A stretch of DNA of 64,000 bases from Octopus sinensis (GCF_006345805.1 NC_043011.1:46698464-46762463); one strand, 5' to 3'. Counted from the first letter of the stretch, positions 1 to 12,585 are shown. Made by a program: numbers and translations. Notes: a model not told the origin generated them from the letters alone.

Positions 1-1175
1 CGTTATCATCATCATCACAACAATCAGCAACATCAATACCAAGACAGTGCCTGTCGTTATGGTGATGATCATGATGAGGATGATGATGATGATGATGATG
101 ATGATAGCGGCAGTCATCATTGCCCTTATCCACATCATTTTTATCATTGATGATATCAATGGTATGATAGTGACCATCAATATAATGGTGATGGTAATGA
201 TGGTGGTGGTGATGGTGGTGGTAGTCATAAAGAGAAAATGTATGCAAAGCGAGAGAGAGCAGAGCGAAGGTGTGTGAATGTAAAGAAGCAATTCTTAATA
301 GATTATGCCGATGTTGTTGTTGTTGTTGTTATTGGTATTATTGTTGTTGTTGTTGTTGTTGCTATCCCCCCCCCCCGTCTAACAGAATCAATTGTTCATA
401 CAGTCTTGTTAGTGAGTGACTCCATATTGTTAAACAATATTCTTCTGAAAAAACTATTTATTATGAGACTATTTTCCTGTTACTGTTGTTGTTGTTGTTG
501 ATATCATGATTGTTGTTGTTGTTGTTGTTGGTGGTGGTGGTAGTGGTGGTGGTGGTTGTGATGTTTCTGTATCTTTTTGGGGTTTTTTTGTTTTTTTTTT
601 TACTGGTTTTCGTTGGTGCTTCTTCTTTTATAAGTTGGCGTTAAAAGGTAATCAAAAAAAAAAAAACAGAAAGACTTTTCCCCCCTCATTAGTCTGTAAA
701 ACACCATCAGCACTCACCCCCTCCCCCGCCCACTACCACAACCCCCCAATAATTCCTATCACACAGCAGCTTCACCATTCCAAGTTGACAGGGAGAGGGG
801 GAGAGATTGAGAGAAAGACAAAGAAAAGAAAAGACAGATAAAGAAAGAGGGAGAGGGAGACAATTAAAAAGTGAGAGAAAGAGACACAAGGAAGGAGAGA
901 GAGAGAGAGAGACAATAAAAGAGAGAGAGAGAGAGAGTCAAAGAAGGAGTAAGAGAGAAAGACAGAAAGAGGGAGAAAAAGAGACAAATAAAGATGAGAA
1001 TGAAAACTGGTGTGTGTGTGTGTGTATGTGTGTAAGTGTGTGTGTGTGAGAGAGAGAGAGAGACAGAGAGATGTACACACACACATGCACACACACAGTG
1101 TATGTGAGAGACAGTGAGAATGAGTGATAGAGAGAATGAGAGGATGTGTAAGAGAGAAAGTGAGAGACAGAGAGT
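1..1175. repeat. Compound microsatellite/low-complexity block: (ATG)n, (GTT)n, (GGT)n, (GA)n, (GT)n
   Basis: Directly visible simple repeats; overlapping ORFs are homopolymeric (poly-M/V/C, SL, CV). Confidence 0.9.
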
Positions 1176-1311
1176 CTGTCAAATTTTCCCTTAATAAATC
1201 ATTATCATGGTTATTTATTTTACTCAATTGTATTTAGATAAAATCAGCTCTTTGAGGATGATTTAGATATATATGTGTGTGTATATATAAATATATAAAT
1301 ATATAATATAT

Positions 1312-1664
1312 ATAAAACATTATTGGTGAATTGAAGAAATGGAGCTGAACGCAGATTGAACAGAAATCGTTTTATTCATTCTACACGTGTTCGAAAGGCA
1401 CAAATTACCAAAATCCGATTTTGGTAATTTGTGCCTTTCGAAACACGTGTAGAATGAAATAAAACGATTTCTGTTCAATCTGCGTTCAGCTCCATTTCTT
1501 CAATTCACCAATAATGTTTTATTTCAATTATCCGCACCAACGCACTGGTTGCAACGCCAGATGGTTGTACCTCCAACCGTGCTGTTTACTGCTGTGATTT
1601 TTGCTACTAAGGTATCGGTTAAACTTTTGATTAATCTACTACAAGATTATTCATCTTTCTATTT

Positions 1665-1668
<4 letters not shown>
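1312..1668 (+). mobile_element. 5'-truncated fold-back insert (Penelope-like pLTR derivative, family HP1, copy 1) in (TA)n
   Basis: Near-perfect palindrome 1312-1522 (centre ~1417) plus unique tail to 1668, flanked by TA tracts; same sequence as 1948-2260. Confidence 0.75.
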
Positions 1669-1706
<38 letters not shown>

Positions 1707-1734
1707 TATTATTTATATTATATATTTATATACA

Positions 1735-2260
1735 TATTGGTGAATTGAAGAAATGGAGCTGAACGCAGATTGAACAAAATCGTTTTATTTCATCTACACG
1801 TGTTTCGAAAGGCACAAATTACCAAAATCCGATTGAATAATGGGACCATATTGTGTCTTTCTCTCAGGAAGAAAAAAGGAAATCCGTTGGAAAAAACAAA
1901 ACAGAACAGAGGCGGAGCAAAAACAAATCGAATTATGCTCCTAAGAGCCAACGGATTTCCTTTTTTCTTCCTGAAGAGAAAGACACAATATGGTCCCATT
2001 ATTCAATCGGATTTTGGTAATTTGTGCCTTTCGAAACACGTGTAGAATGAAATAAAACGATTTCTGTTCAATCTGCGTTCAGCTCCATTTCTTCAATTCA
2101 CCAATAATGTTTTAATTTCAATTATCCGCACCAACGCACGGTTGCAACGCCAGATGGTTGTACCTCCAACCGTGCTGTTTACTGTGTGTGATTTTTGCTA
2201 CTAAGGTATCGGTTAAACTTTTGATTAATCTACTACAAGATTATTCATTTTCTATTTCAC
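1735..2260 (+). mobile_element. Fold-back insert family HP1, copy 2 (longer), carrying a hammerhead ribozyme
   Basis: Inverted arm 1735-1890, spacer 1891-1947, forward copy 1948-2260; flanked by (TA)n. Confidence 0.78.
1965..2052 (+). ncRNA. Type I hammerhead ribozyme (predicted)
   Basis: ttcttc-CUGAAGA(1971-1977)-stem II gaaag/a/cacaa...ttgtg/c/ctttc-GAAA(2033-2036)-palindromic stem III ACACGUGU-GUA cleavage triplet (2042-2044)-gaatgaa pairing back to ttcttc. Confidence 0.75.
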
Positions 2261-2336
2261 ATAATATATATTTATATATATATATATTTATATATATATA
2301 TACATATATTTATATATATAATATATATATTTATAG

Positions 2337-2422
2337 AAATAGAAAAACAAGACAGGCGACATAAAGAACAATCCCTTCAGTAGTTGTCCACTGTTTTATC
2401 TTCTCCGCATTTTGAGCACTAA
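2337..2422 (-). mobile_element. Short pLTR-like remnant in (TA)n with decayed 3' half of a hammerhead-like motif
   Basis: Minus strand reads gctc-aaaa-tgcgg, resembling gctc-GAAA-cg in the 24925 and 28820 motifs after CpG decay; TA-flanked. Confidence 0.3.
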
Positions 2423-2472
2423 TACATGTATGTGTGTGTATAAGTATATATATGTGTGTGTGGGGGGTGTAA

Positions 2473-2510
<38 letters not shown>

Positions 2511-2772
2511 ATAAAATAATGTTACAATTACTCAATATATAAGTGTGCGTTTGTGCATATACATATATGCATATACATATATATATACACACGCACCACA
2601 CACAAGTATATATATATATAATCAAAATAAGCAGCAAGGATATCCAGAGGTAATGCAGTACGATCGTTTCATGCAACTCCATTTAATTGAACAATGCAAT
2701 CATTACATCAATTTAAAATGTAGAGCAATCTACACTTTATGTTTATATATATGTGTATATGTATGTATATAT

Positions 2773-2803
<31 letters not shown>

Positions 2804-3557
2804 CACACACAAATACATATATATATACATATATATAAACATGCATATATACAGATATATATACATACATACATATATATATATATACAGACATATATAT
2901 ATATACATACATAGTGTGTGTGTGTGTGTGCATGTATATATGTATGTATGCATGCATGTATTTATGTAAGGTTATGAGATTTTATTTAAATTGTTTAGAA
3001 TTTCAGTAGCACTTCCATATTTTAGCATGCTAAGTGATTTCCAAAATGTCTCATAGGTATCATTGACCCTTCTTGTAAAGATTCATAGAACAAATGAGAT
3101 GAGTAGGTCTCAGTCCTTAAAAGGTATCTATTGAGTGAGTAGTGAGACAAGAACAGAATATTAAACAGATTGCAATTAAACTATTCGCCGGTATAATTTA
3201 AAATTTATACAACATGTAAGAATTTGGAAATAATTGGAAAAATTAGAAAGAAGCTTCCATATTATATTATAGTTAATGAGCATCCAGTATCAAATTGCTT
3301 TAAAGAATTAATGACAAAGTATTCTATAATTTCAGCTACTGCCATTATCTTGTGCAGTACGTAATCTTCTAAATCCAAAAGAAATTGAATAAACCAGAGG
3401 AATGTTCCATGTTTTGATGGTAATTCAAGCAACATGAAATATACAGCCATTTTTCATTTAGTACATGTACATATTTCAGCACACATTGCAAAGATAGTAT
3501 TAATCTTTATGAAAAATGGAGCTAGTGCTCAGCTAGCACAATGTGTGAAAAATAACT

Positions 3558-4305
3558 TGGATGTGTGGAAAGAAGCTTGCTTCCCAACCACATGATTCTG
3601 GGTTCAGTTCCAGTATGTGAAACCTAGAGCAAATGTCTTCTACTATAGTCTTGAGCAGACTAAATGCTTGCGAATGGATTAGGTAGATAGAATCTGAAAG
3701 AAGCCTATTATATATATATATATATATATAAATTGTCCAACCCATGCTAGCATAGAAAACGGACGTTAAAAGATGATGATGAAATTCTATAATTATGAGT
3801 ATAATTATGATTAGGGTTCAGCAAAATTTGCTTCACCTCATCCTGAAATTTAGAAATAGCAGTTAAACTACTTTTTTACTACCATAATATATCTCCCTAA
3901 TTATAATTATACTCATAATTATTGAATTTTTGTTTAAGTTTACCAATAATGGTTCTTTTAACGTGCAGAACTACTTGGTAAAATTATTAATTATTAATTA
4001 ATTAATTAATTAATTTTACCCTTTATATATATATATATATATGTGTGTGTGTGGTGTGTGTGTGTGTGGTGTGTGTGCGTGTGCTTGTGTCTATGTTCAT
4101 TACCCACCACTGCTTGATATCCAGTATTGGTTTGTTAATGTCCTTGCAACTTAGCAGTTCAGCAAAAGATACTGATAAAATAAGTTGCATGCTTTACAAC
4201 AATAAAAGAAAAAGTATTGTGCTTTATTCATTTGGATAAAAGTTCTTGAAGGCAGTGACCCAGCATGGCCACAGTCAAATGACTGAAACAGGTAAAAGTG
4301 TAAAG
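3558..4305 (+). mobile_element. SINE-A (tRNA-derived, bipartite with internal TA/TG microsatellite), interrupted by inserts at 3733-4023
   Basis: Head 3558-3708 (A/B-box-like tgtgtgg...ggttcagttcc); second half 4045-4305 ending cagcatggccacagtcaaatgactgaaac. Confidence 0.8.
3782..4023 (+). mobile_element. Fold-back insert family HP2
   Basis: Arms 3782-3816 and 3895-3929; 3' tail ends ttttaccctt then (TA)n; homologous to 25173-25490 (minus). Confidence 0.6.
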
Positions 4306-4336
4306 GGTATTCAATTTTTTTAAGGCTCTAGAATAT

Positions 4337-4735
4337 TCTTCTCTACTTCTGGCACAAGGCCTGAAATTTTTTGGGCAGGGGCTCAGTCGATTAGATTGAT
4401 CCTGGTATGCAACTGGTACTTAATTTATCAACCCCGAAAGAATGAAAGGCAACGTCAACCTCAGCGGAATTTGAACTCTGAACATAAAGACAGATGAAAT
4501 ACTGCTAAGCATTTCACCCAGCATGCTAACAAGGAACTAGAATATTTTTTTCTACTCTAGACACAAGGTCCGAAATTTTGGGTGATGGGGCCAGTTGATT
4601 AGATTGACCCCAGCACATAACTAGTATTTAATTTATCAACCCCAAAAGGATGAAAGGCAAAGTTGACGGAATTTGAACTCAGAACATAAAGACAGACGAA
4701 ATACCATCAAGTATTTTGCCCAGAGTGTTAACAAG
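4337..4735 (-). mobile_element. Two tandem SINE-B copies (4337-4532, 4547-4735)
   Basis: Reverse complement of ggcgagctggcagaa...gagttcaaattccgccgaggtcgactttgcctttcatcctttcggggtcgataaattaagtaccag core. Confidence 0.8.
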
Positions 4736-5157
4736 GATCTAGAATACTACAAACCAGACCTATCACTACTAGTGGCTGAAAGAATACAATATTTTGCCAT
4801 TAATTCCTTAAACTGATATTGGGGATTCATGAAATGGATTTCTGACATAGAACTTCTGAATAATTCTCCAAATTATTTATTTCCCCCCCTGAATTATTAC
4901 AGATAATAGATAACAAAAACTGTAGCAGCTAACACGTGAATTTGGAATATGTTGATATTTTGACATTATATCTATTTTTGTATCACCAAGGACATTGTTA
5001 ATGCAATAGAAACCTGAAGAATGAGATCCAATTACATCGTATGTATGTATGTAGTACGGATGTATGTATGTGTATGTATGTATATATACATATATATATA
5101 TATACATACATATTTGTATAATATACATACATATATATATATATATATATACATATA

Positions 5158-5218
<61 letters not shown>

Positions 5219-5867
5219 GCATATATATATGTATATACATATAATATGTATAGGCAGTGATATGTGTATATGTGTTTAGATATGTGTGTGCATTTGCATG
5301 TACGCATGAATGTGTGTGTATGCATGTCTATGAGTCTGACTGTTATGTATATTTGAAATATGATGAACTTATTGTATACAACACTCAAGTTCATACCTAT
5401 ACATACACACACAAACACATGCATATATATATACATTTATGCATACTTGTGGATGTGCGCATTATGTATGCATGCATTTTCCTCGTATTTATCAGCATCA
5501 TTGATTTAGCATTCACTTTGTTAGGCATGCATCGTTCCGGTGAAATTCATCGGTCCATTTTCAATAGAATCCATAAGCCAGAAGAATGCATGCACTGGTA
5601 CGTTTCTCAATAGAATGGGTATATTAAAACTTATAACATGTAGTATCATGCCAAGATCCATTTAAGCCAATTTTACCCATCAGTTTCAAAGAAAAGTTAG
5701 GTGATAACCCAGGATGGTGCCTGTAAAGAAGGACTGATTGAGAGTTGTCACCATACTTTTCATACCAGTCCCTCTGATGTGTGCTGTCTTAGGTTATCAC
5801 CTCAATCAAATTGTATGAAATGTATTGTGTATGTGTGTAAATATATATATAATAATAATAATGAAAT

Positions 5868-6235
5868 TATTGTATACAGTGCTCAGGTGCACCACAACTT
5901 GTCAGAAAGTGCGTATAAAGTATATGCAGTAATGTACAAATGTCTGGAAAGCGAACAATGTATGAGTCAGATACATGCTTGTGTGTGTATGGAGGGGAGG
6001 AAATCAGGTGTAGTGTTGGCGAATCTCAGAAAGCATGGATGTTTTGAAGGATGCAGTGCTCCGACAACTAACAACTGATGTTGGCAGTTTGTTCCATGCT
6101 TCAGCAACTCTCAGCGTGAAAAAATGTTTCCTATAGTCATGGGAGCTGTGCTGTTTTCTGACTTTGTAAATATGTCCACGGGTGTTAGAGTGGGTGGAGT
6201 GGAGTTGAAAAGGTTGCTCAGAGTTATTGTTTGTA
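5868..6235 (-). pseudogene. CR1-clade LINE 3' end (ORF2 C-terminus + 3' UTR + (ATT)n tail)
   Basis: Translation SNTRGHIYKVRKQHSSHDYRKHFFTLRVAEAWNKLPTSVV matches the CR1 ORF2 terminal TRGH..K...FF..RV...WN.LP motif; second copy at 18775. Confidence 0.85.
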
Positions 6236-6253
6236 AGATATATATATATATAC

Positions 6254-6309
<56 letters not shown>

Positions 6310-6314
<5 letters not shown>

Positions 6315-6465
6315 CTCTCCTAGTTTCTCTCCTTGTTTTTTCTGTGTCCCTTTCTGTAGGCTCGAAACATAAAAGACTTTTTCTATTCCTGAGCATTACA
6401 CTAATACATCTGTTTGTTTTGTACACCACCTGTCTTCGTCTTTTGTTTTTTTCATAAACTCTCCC
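6310..6465 (+). mobile_element. Single-arm copy of the HP5 pLTR-like family (see 24690-25060) in (TA)n
   Basis: tttctg-taggctcgaaacataaaagact...cacctgtcttcgtcttttg matches the 24925-25049 arm, with a deletion in the hammerhead core. Confidence 0.65.
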
Positions 6466-6466
6466 T

Positions 6467-6511
<45 letters not shown>

Positions 6512-6584
6512 CAGGGTGCGATGTATAAATTGTTGCCATTTTATATTTTTAATTTCCCATATGTGCATTGTTTGTTTTTGAAGA

Positions 6585-6838
6585 GACTTTGCTGCTGTAC
6601 TTGCATTGACACCTTCATGAAACCCATAGAGTAAGACATGTCTAATGTGACATTTAGATGGGATAAACATGGGTGCGAATATAGCAGAAGATTATGGCCA
6701 GTACCTTCAGAATCTGAAAGAAAAGTGTATAGATTAGTCATTGTGACATTCTTAAAACACTGCAAGAGGCACAATTTTAAAAAATACCTTCGAAAACTGT
6801 TTTCTAAAAACATCGGCCATTACCTTTGCACCAGCATG

Positions 6839-6842
<4 letters not shown>
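6585..6842 (-). mobile_element. Mariner-type transposon 5' fragment (TIR + transposase N-terminal HTH)
   Basis: Minus strand starts tatcatgctggtgcaaaggtaat (mariner TIR-like); ATG at 6670 gives MFIPSKCHIRHVLLYGFHEGVNASTAAKS, like mariner transposase N-termini; truncated. Confidence 0.7.
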
Positions 6843-6877
<35 letters not shown>

Positions 6878-6911
6878 TATGTACATATATATCGATAGAT
6901 AGATAGATAGA

Positions 6912-7050
6912 TTTCTTTATTGGCCACGCAGGGCTGAACACAGAAGGGACAAAATACAAAGAAGAGCTTTTCTTTTTCAGAAGAAGAGAAGGAAAAAAAA
7001 AAGAGGGTTGAATTCCGATCAAAAGGGATCAGGAAAAAAGAAAGAAAAAG
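6912..7050 (-). mobile_element. Retroelement 3' tail in (GATA)n, similar to SINE-B tail type 1
   Basis: tttctttattggccacgcagggctgaacacagaagggacaaa resembles tttctttactgcccacaaagggctaaacatagaggggacaaa at 21228. Confidence 0.5.
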
Positions 7051-7195
7051 ATAGATAGATGATAACAATGAAGATGATTATGAGAGTGATGATGATGATG
7101 GTATATAAGAAGAAAGATGAAACCATTGAATATTAATTAGAGTGCATAATGTGTAAGAAAACATACATACAATTGTTCTCAAACTACATTAAAAG

Positions 7196-7391
7196 ATTCT
7201 GTTTTGTCTGGGGAGAGTCATTTTCTTTTTGTGCCTTATAATGTAACTCACTCACCGGTAAAATTTCCACTTTTTTCTTATTTTTATTTTCCTAAAATTT
7301 TCGTTGCGTCTTGCAAGTGGAAATTTTACCGGTGAGTGTGTTACATTATAAGGCACAAAAAGAAAATGACTCTCCCCAGACACAACAGAAT
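7196..7391. repeat. Inverted repeat, ~77-bp arms, ~42-bp spacer (fold-back insert or MITE)
   Basis: 7196-7272 is the reverse complement of 7315-7391 with few mismatches. Confidence 0.8.
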
Positions 7392-7776
7392 ATGCTTCAA
7401 CACACGAACTCATATAAAGAATCTTGCAAACCAAATCCAAAAACGAAATACAATAAAAGATGTTTTTAAATAAATATAATTTATTAATATGTCCATTCCT
7501 ATTAGTGTACATTTAAAGGTTGAACATGTGTCCCTTAAAATAAGCAGCTTTAAGTGGTATTTTATCTATGAAATTCTGACTGGCTGATGGGACACTTATG
7601 ATATATGTGTATGCATGTGAAGAATTTAAAAGAAAAATATTTTTGCTATCTACAAGTCTGTTGTTAGATTCTTCAAATAGACATTTTCAACAATTTCTAT
7701 TTGAGTTAGTCACCATCCCAAATTAAAAGAATTACATTATTTCTTCGACTTTTCTTATGTATCATTATCATTATTA

Positions 7777-7809
<33 letters not shown>

Positions 7810-8254
7810 CATCATTATTATTATTATGATGATGATGATGTTTGTACTCTAAACATGATTTACAATTTAATTCCATTTCTAAACACTCAATCCCCACCTG
7901 TAAAAATAAATGAGAAACGAAATAAAAATATGTCTGAAGCTTTTAATTTTCATAGAAATAAAATCACATTATCAAAAGTAAACTATTTATTCTACCATTT
8001 TACTTTCCAGACAACAGCAGCAGCAGCACTGCTGCCATCGCCGCCACCACCACCACCATCACCACCACCACCACCAACTACAACAGCAAAAGTAAGAGCT
8101 GATGGGGCCCACCATGTTGTCATTTAATTTGCTAGATATAGTAACAGAATCTCCTTTAAATCTCATCCTAATAGCTTCAAAAATAAAATAGAAGTATACA
8201 TCGGACAAGATCATTGTAGAGATACAGCATGTCTAGATAAAAGACAAGATGGTT

Positions 8255-8600
8255 ACAAACCAAATGTCAGGTGAGACAGTGTCCACCTGGGGCTGCCTGC
8301 CGGAGTCTATGCGGCGGGTATTTAAAGGGAGAAATTTGACAAGACAGTCAGTCACTGGCTGACACTCACTGACGATACATCGAAGAGGCCAGGGAACAGA
8401 AGAAAGAAGAAGAAAGAAGACATGCACCCAACACAAAAAGCTGAAGACACCTCCGAAAAGGGGGGGCCCCACCATGTCAAAACAGTAAAGGAGTAGGGGC
8501 CGAAACCGGACGTGGTTCCTCCTGATGATGTCTTGAGCTAAATGGATCCTATAAAGGAGCTGTTGTGGTAGCAGACCATGAAACACGGTTGTAATTCCTC
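8255..8600 (+). mobile_element. GC-richer segment with several hammerhead-core-like motifs (possible Penelope-like LTR)
   Basis: TATA-like gggtatttaaaggg; CTGACGA 8369, CTGAAGA 8441, ggcccc/ggggcc-GAAACCGG 8502, CTGATGA 8522, GAAACACGG 8580. Confidence 0.35.
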
Positions 8601-9065
8601 AGTCCATCTTGACTGGAGTTAAACAAACCACAGTCAAATACAATGCAGAATCTTAACTGCAAGATGAAACAACTTTCTATGTGATCACAACTTGAACATC
8701 TAGAGCAGATGTTCTCAACCAGGGTCCACATAAGCGTGGGAATGAAATCTGCTTTGTGCAAACCCAAGTACAAATTGTCTTACAAACAAGGTTGCTAACG
8801 TTTCTCCCATCTCCCTGCCTTCTGATGAAATATATGCCGTAGTCTGAATCTATCAGTACTTTGCCCTTGGATGTTTTCAGCGGGGTTTGCTTTGTTGCAC
8901 ATCACAACCTGGTCCTCCAGTGCCTTTGATTAAGTCCTTTCTGTTGTAAACACACAGGCTCGGTCTCTAGTTTGAGAACAATTTCCTACCGCCTCTGAAC
9001 TACTTTGCTCTTCTCAATGCAATTACTCAAACCCATGCCAGCATGGAAAGTAGATGTTAAACAAT

Positions 9066-9810
9066 GGTGGTAAGTAGCTTGCTTATGAACCACATGGTTC
9101 CAGTTTCAGTCCCATTGCGTGGCACCTTGGGCAAGTGTCTTCTACTATAGCCTCGGGCCGACCAAAGCCTTGTGGGTGGATTTGGTAGACGGAAACTGAA
9201 TGGAGCCCGTTGTATATATGTATATGTATACATGTGTGTGTGTGTCTGAGTTTGTCTCCCCAACATCGGTTGACAACTGATGCTTGTGGGTTTACGTCTC
9301 CGTAACTTAGCGGTTCAGCAAAAGAGACTGATGGAATAAGTACTAGTCTTACAAAGAATAAGTTCTGGGGTCGATTAGCTCGACTAAAGGAGGTGCTCCA
9401 GCATGGCCACAGTCAAATGACTGAAACAAGTAGAAGAGTAAAAGAGTATGTAGGCTGTGTGGTAAGAAGTTTGTTTCCCAATCACATGGTTCTGGGTTCA
9501 GTGCCACAGTGTGGCACCAAGGGCAAATGTCTTCTACTAAAGCCAGATAAATGTATTTGGTAGATGAAAAGTGAAAGAAGTTTGTTGCATGTATGTATCG
9601 ATACGTGTGTGAGTTGACCCATACTATCTCACGAAAGATGTTCATGTATTTTGCACACTCGTAACTTAACAGTTTCACTAAAGAGAACGATAGAATAAGT
9701 GCCAAGCTTTAAAAGAATAAGTACCGGGGTCAATTTGTTTGACAACCCCTTTGAGGTGATACCCCAGCATGGCTGCTGTCCAATGATAGAAAGAAGTATT
9801 AAAGATAAAA
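9066..9810 (+). mobile_element. Two tandem SINE-A copies (9066-9447; diverged 9449-9810)
   Basis: Match to SINE-A head (ggtaagtagcttgctt...ggttccagtttcagtccc) and tail (ggtgctccagcatggccacagtcaaatgactgaaacaag). Confidence 0.85.
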
Positions 9811-9819
9811 GAAAGAAGG

Positions 9820-10115
9820 ATAAGTATTTGTGTGTGTGTGTGTGTGTGTGACAGAGAAAGAGAGAAAGAGAAAGAGAGAGAGAAAGAAAGAGAGAGAGAA
9901 AGAAAGAGAGAGAGAAAGAAAGAGAGAGAGAGAGAGAAAGAGAGATGAGAGAGAGAGAGAAAGAGAGAGAGGAAGAGAGAGAGAGAATGAGAGAGAGAAA
10001 GAGAGAGCGAGAGAGAGAGGGAGAAGGAGATAGAGAAAGAGAGGGAGAGAAAAAGAGAGAGAGAGAAAGAAAGAGAGAGAGAAAGATAGATAGATAGATA
10101 GAGAGAGAGATAGAT

Positions 10116-10147
<32 letters not shown>

Positions 10148-10150
10148 AGA
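9820..10150. repeat. (GT)n/(GA)n/(GATA)n microsatellite
   Basis: Visible simple repeats. Confidence 0.9.
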
Positions 10151-10457
10151 ATGTAGGGAAGATGTTGCTGTAGATAACACTTAATGTCAACACACTGAAG
10201 GAAAATGAACCAGAAAAAAAATGTATGCAACAAGGACCATCTTCATAGCTTTAGGGATGATTCTGTGATCAATGACATCAGAAGACACTGTTATAACAAT
10301 GAAAGGCATCAATAATGTTGAAGAAGAGATCTTGACACTGGGGAAACAACAAAGCATATGCGTGTGTGTGTATGTGTGTGTGTCTGCGCACATGTGTATG
10401 TGTACAAATATACATATATGTATGTGTGAGTGTATGTGTGTGTATGTGTATGTATAT

Positions 10458-10893
10458 ACTCTTTTACACATTTATCTGTTTCAGTCATTTGGCTGTGGCC
10501 AGGATGGAGCACCGCCTTTTAGTCGGGCAAATCGACCCCCCAGGACTTATTCTTTTCGTAAGCCTAGTACTTATTCTATCGGTCTCTTTTGCCGAACCGC
10601 TAAGTTACAGGGACATAAACACACCAGCTTCGGTTGTCAAGTGATGTTGTGGGGACAAACACAGACACACAAACACATACACACGCACACATACATATAT
10701 ATATATAAATATATATACATATATATATACGACGTGCTTCTTTCAGTTTCCGTCTACCAAATCCACTCACAAGGCTTTGGTCGGCCTGAGGCTATAGTGG
10801 AAGACACTTGCCCAAGGTGCCACACAGTGGGATTGAACCCAAAACCATGTGGTTCGTAAGCAAGCTACTTACCACACAGCCGCTCTTATGCCT
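10458..10893 (-). mobile_element. SINE-A, full length
   Basis: Reverse complement of both halves with internal TA/CA tract. Confidence 0.9.
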
Positions 10894-10949
10894 ATATCTC
10901 AAGTATTTATTATTAATATACATGTATTTGCATAGAAGTGTATAAAAGA

Positions 10950-11268
10950 ATAAAGACCCCCTTTGATCATGAATGACCATGGGATTGATCGCACCTAGAA
11001 AGCTCCCGGGTAAGGTTGTTAATGGATGACTAGTAGTCACCCATGCATACCAACCACCCCTCTCCATGCCATCCAGGTTGTCCATGGAAATGCCAAAGAT
11101 CAATATAGGTCATCACCAGTGATGTTGCAACCCATTTCTACAACCGAGTGAATTAAAGCAAAGTGAAATAATTTGTCTTGCTTGAAAATATCATGCATGG
11201 TTTGGTCAGGGAATTGAACTCACAACTTTGTGATTGTAGGGCCGACACTCTAACCACTGAACCATGCC
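10950..11268 (-). mobile_element. SINE-C (tRNA head + RTE-like tail), diverged
   Basis: Reverse complement of ggcatggttcagtggttagagtgtcgg...gtgagttcaattccc; homologous to 49186-49520. Confidence 0.75.
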
Positions 11269-11284
11269 CAGTTGCATGTGAATA

Positions 11285-11709
11285 CGCAGGAGTGGCTGTG
11301 TGGTAAGTAGCTTGCTAACCAACCACATGGTCCCGGGCTCAGTCCCACTGTGTGGCATCTTGGACAAGTGTCTTCTGTTATAGCCCCGGGCCGACCCATG
11401 CCTTGTTAGTGGATTTGGTAGATTGGAAAACTGAAAGAAGCCTGTCGTATATATGTATATATATATATATATAAATATATATATATGTATGTGTGTATGT
11501 GTTTGAGTGTCTGTGTTTGTCCCCCTAGCATTGCTTGACAACTGATGGTGTGTTTACATCCCCGTCACTTAGCGGTTCAACAAAAGAGACCGATAGAATA
11601 AATACTGGGCTTACAAAGAATAAGTCCCGGGATCGATTTGCTCAACTAAAGGCGGTGCTCCAGCATGGCTGTAGTCAAATGACTGAAACAAGTAAAAGAG
11701 TAAAAGAGT
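11285..11709 (+). mobile_element. SINE-A, full length
   Basis: gcaggagtggctgtgtggtaagtagc...gactgaaacaagtaaaagagtaaaagag. Confidence 0.9.
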
Positions 11710-12169
11710 ATGTCATTTAAGTAGGTATCTACAACCCTGTTCAACAATTGTATTTCAGGTCCTCTGACAACTTAAAAACCCTGCGACTCTGTGACTCTTA
11801 TATAATAGTATTAGAGGGATCTTGCAAAGTTATAGGTGACTCTTTTCTTCTATGATAAATCTAAAAAGAAAAAAGAAAAAAAAATATACCAGACATTTAC
11901 TAGAATCGACTTAAATTTTACTGTTTGCATCAGAACTCATTATTGCTTACCACTTACACTGTGTAACGAGATTTAATTTTTTTTTTTTTTTGTATCTTTG
12001 GTCAGCAAGTGTCATCTCCTATTTGCTTCTATCTAGAAATCAAAGGAAATGTTTACAATTCCCTTCAAACTTTGGTTTTGTGATCTGGACATCAATGATT
12101 TGAAACTGACCTATTTTCTATTACATTTCAGATAGATTCAGCACAGAGTTGCTGAAGAAGATATACCAT

Positions 12170-12340
12170 TATAGAAAATATTCTGTTCAATGGCACAGAT
12201 TTCCTTTTCAGTTACTTGACCTTAACCACTTAATCATGTCCCTTAGAGGCTGACAATATGTGCATCATTGATCATGAGCAGGAGTAGTAGGGGAGCATTA
12301 TAGTCATGTGTTGAGAGGGATTCTTTGGGGTTTGAATAAA
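12170..12340 (+). repeat. Internal fragment of the ~520-bp AAT-flanked element
   Basis: ttgaccttaacc...gctgacaatatgtgcatc...gggggagcatt...gagagggattctttggggtttgaataa matches 22860-22982. Confidence 0.75.
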
Positions 12341-12449
12341 TGTAACAAATGCAAAACTTGAAGGAAATATTAGCCATTTTTCATACTTTCTAAGGGTAAG
12401 CAAATAGGAAATAACAGGACAAAAACCATGTTACACAGTGTAATAATTA

Positions 12450-12585
12450 AAAGCTAGAATCATTAGTGTGCTGGACAAAATGCTGAGCAATATTTCTTCT
12501 GATTCTCTCCTTTCTGAGTTCAAATTCTGCCAGGGTTGACTTTACTTTTAATCCTTTTGGGGGATGAAATAAGTACCAATTGAAA
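12450..12585 (+). mobile_element. SINE-B, partial
   Basis: ttctgagttcaaattctgccagggttgactttacttttaatcc...aataagtacca. Confidence 0.7.
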
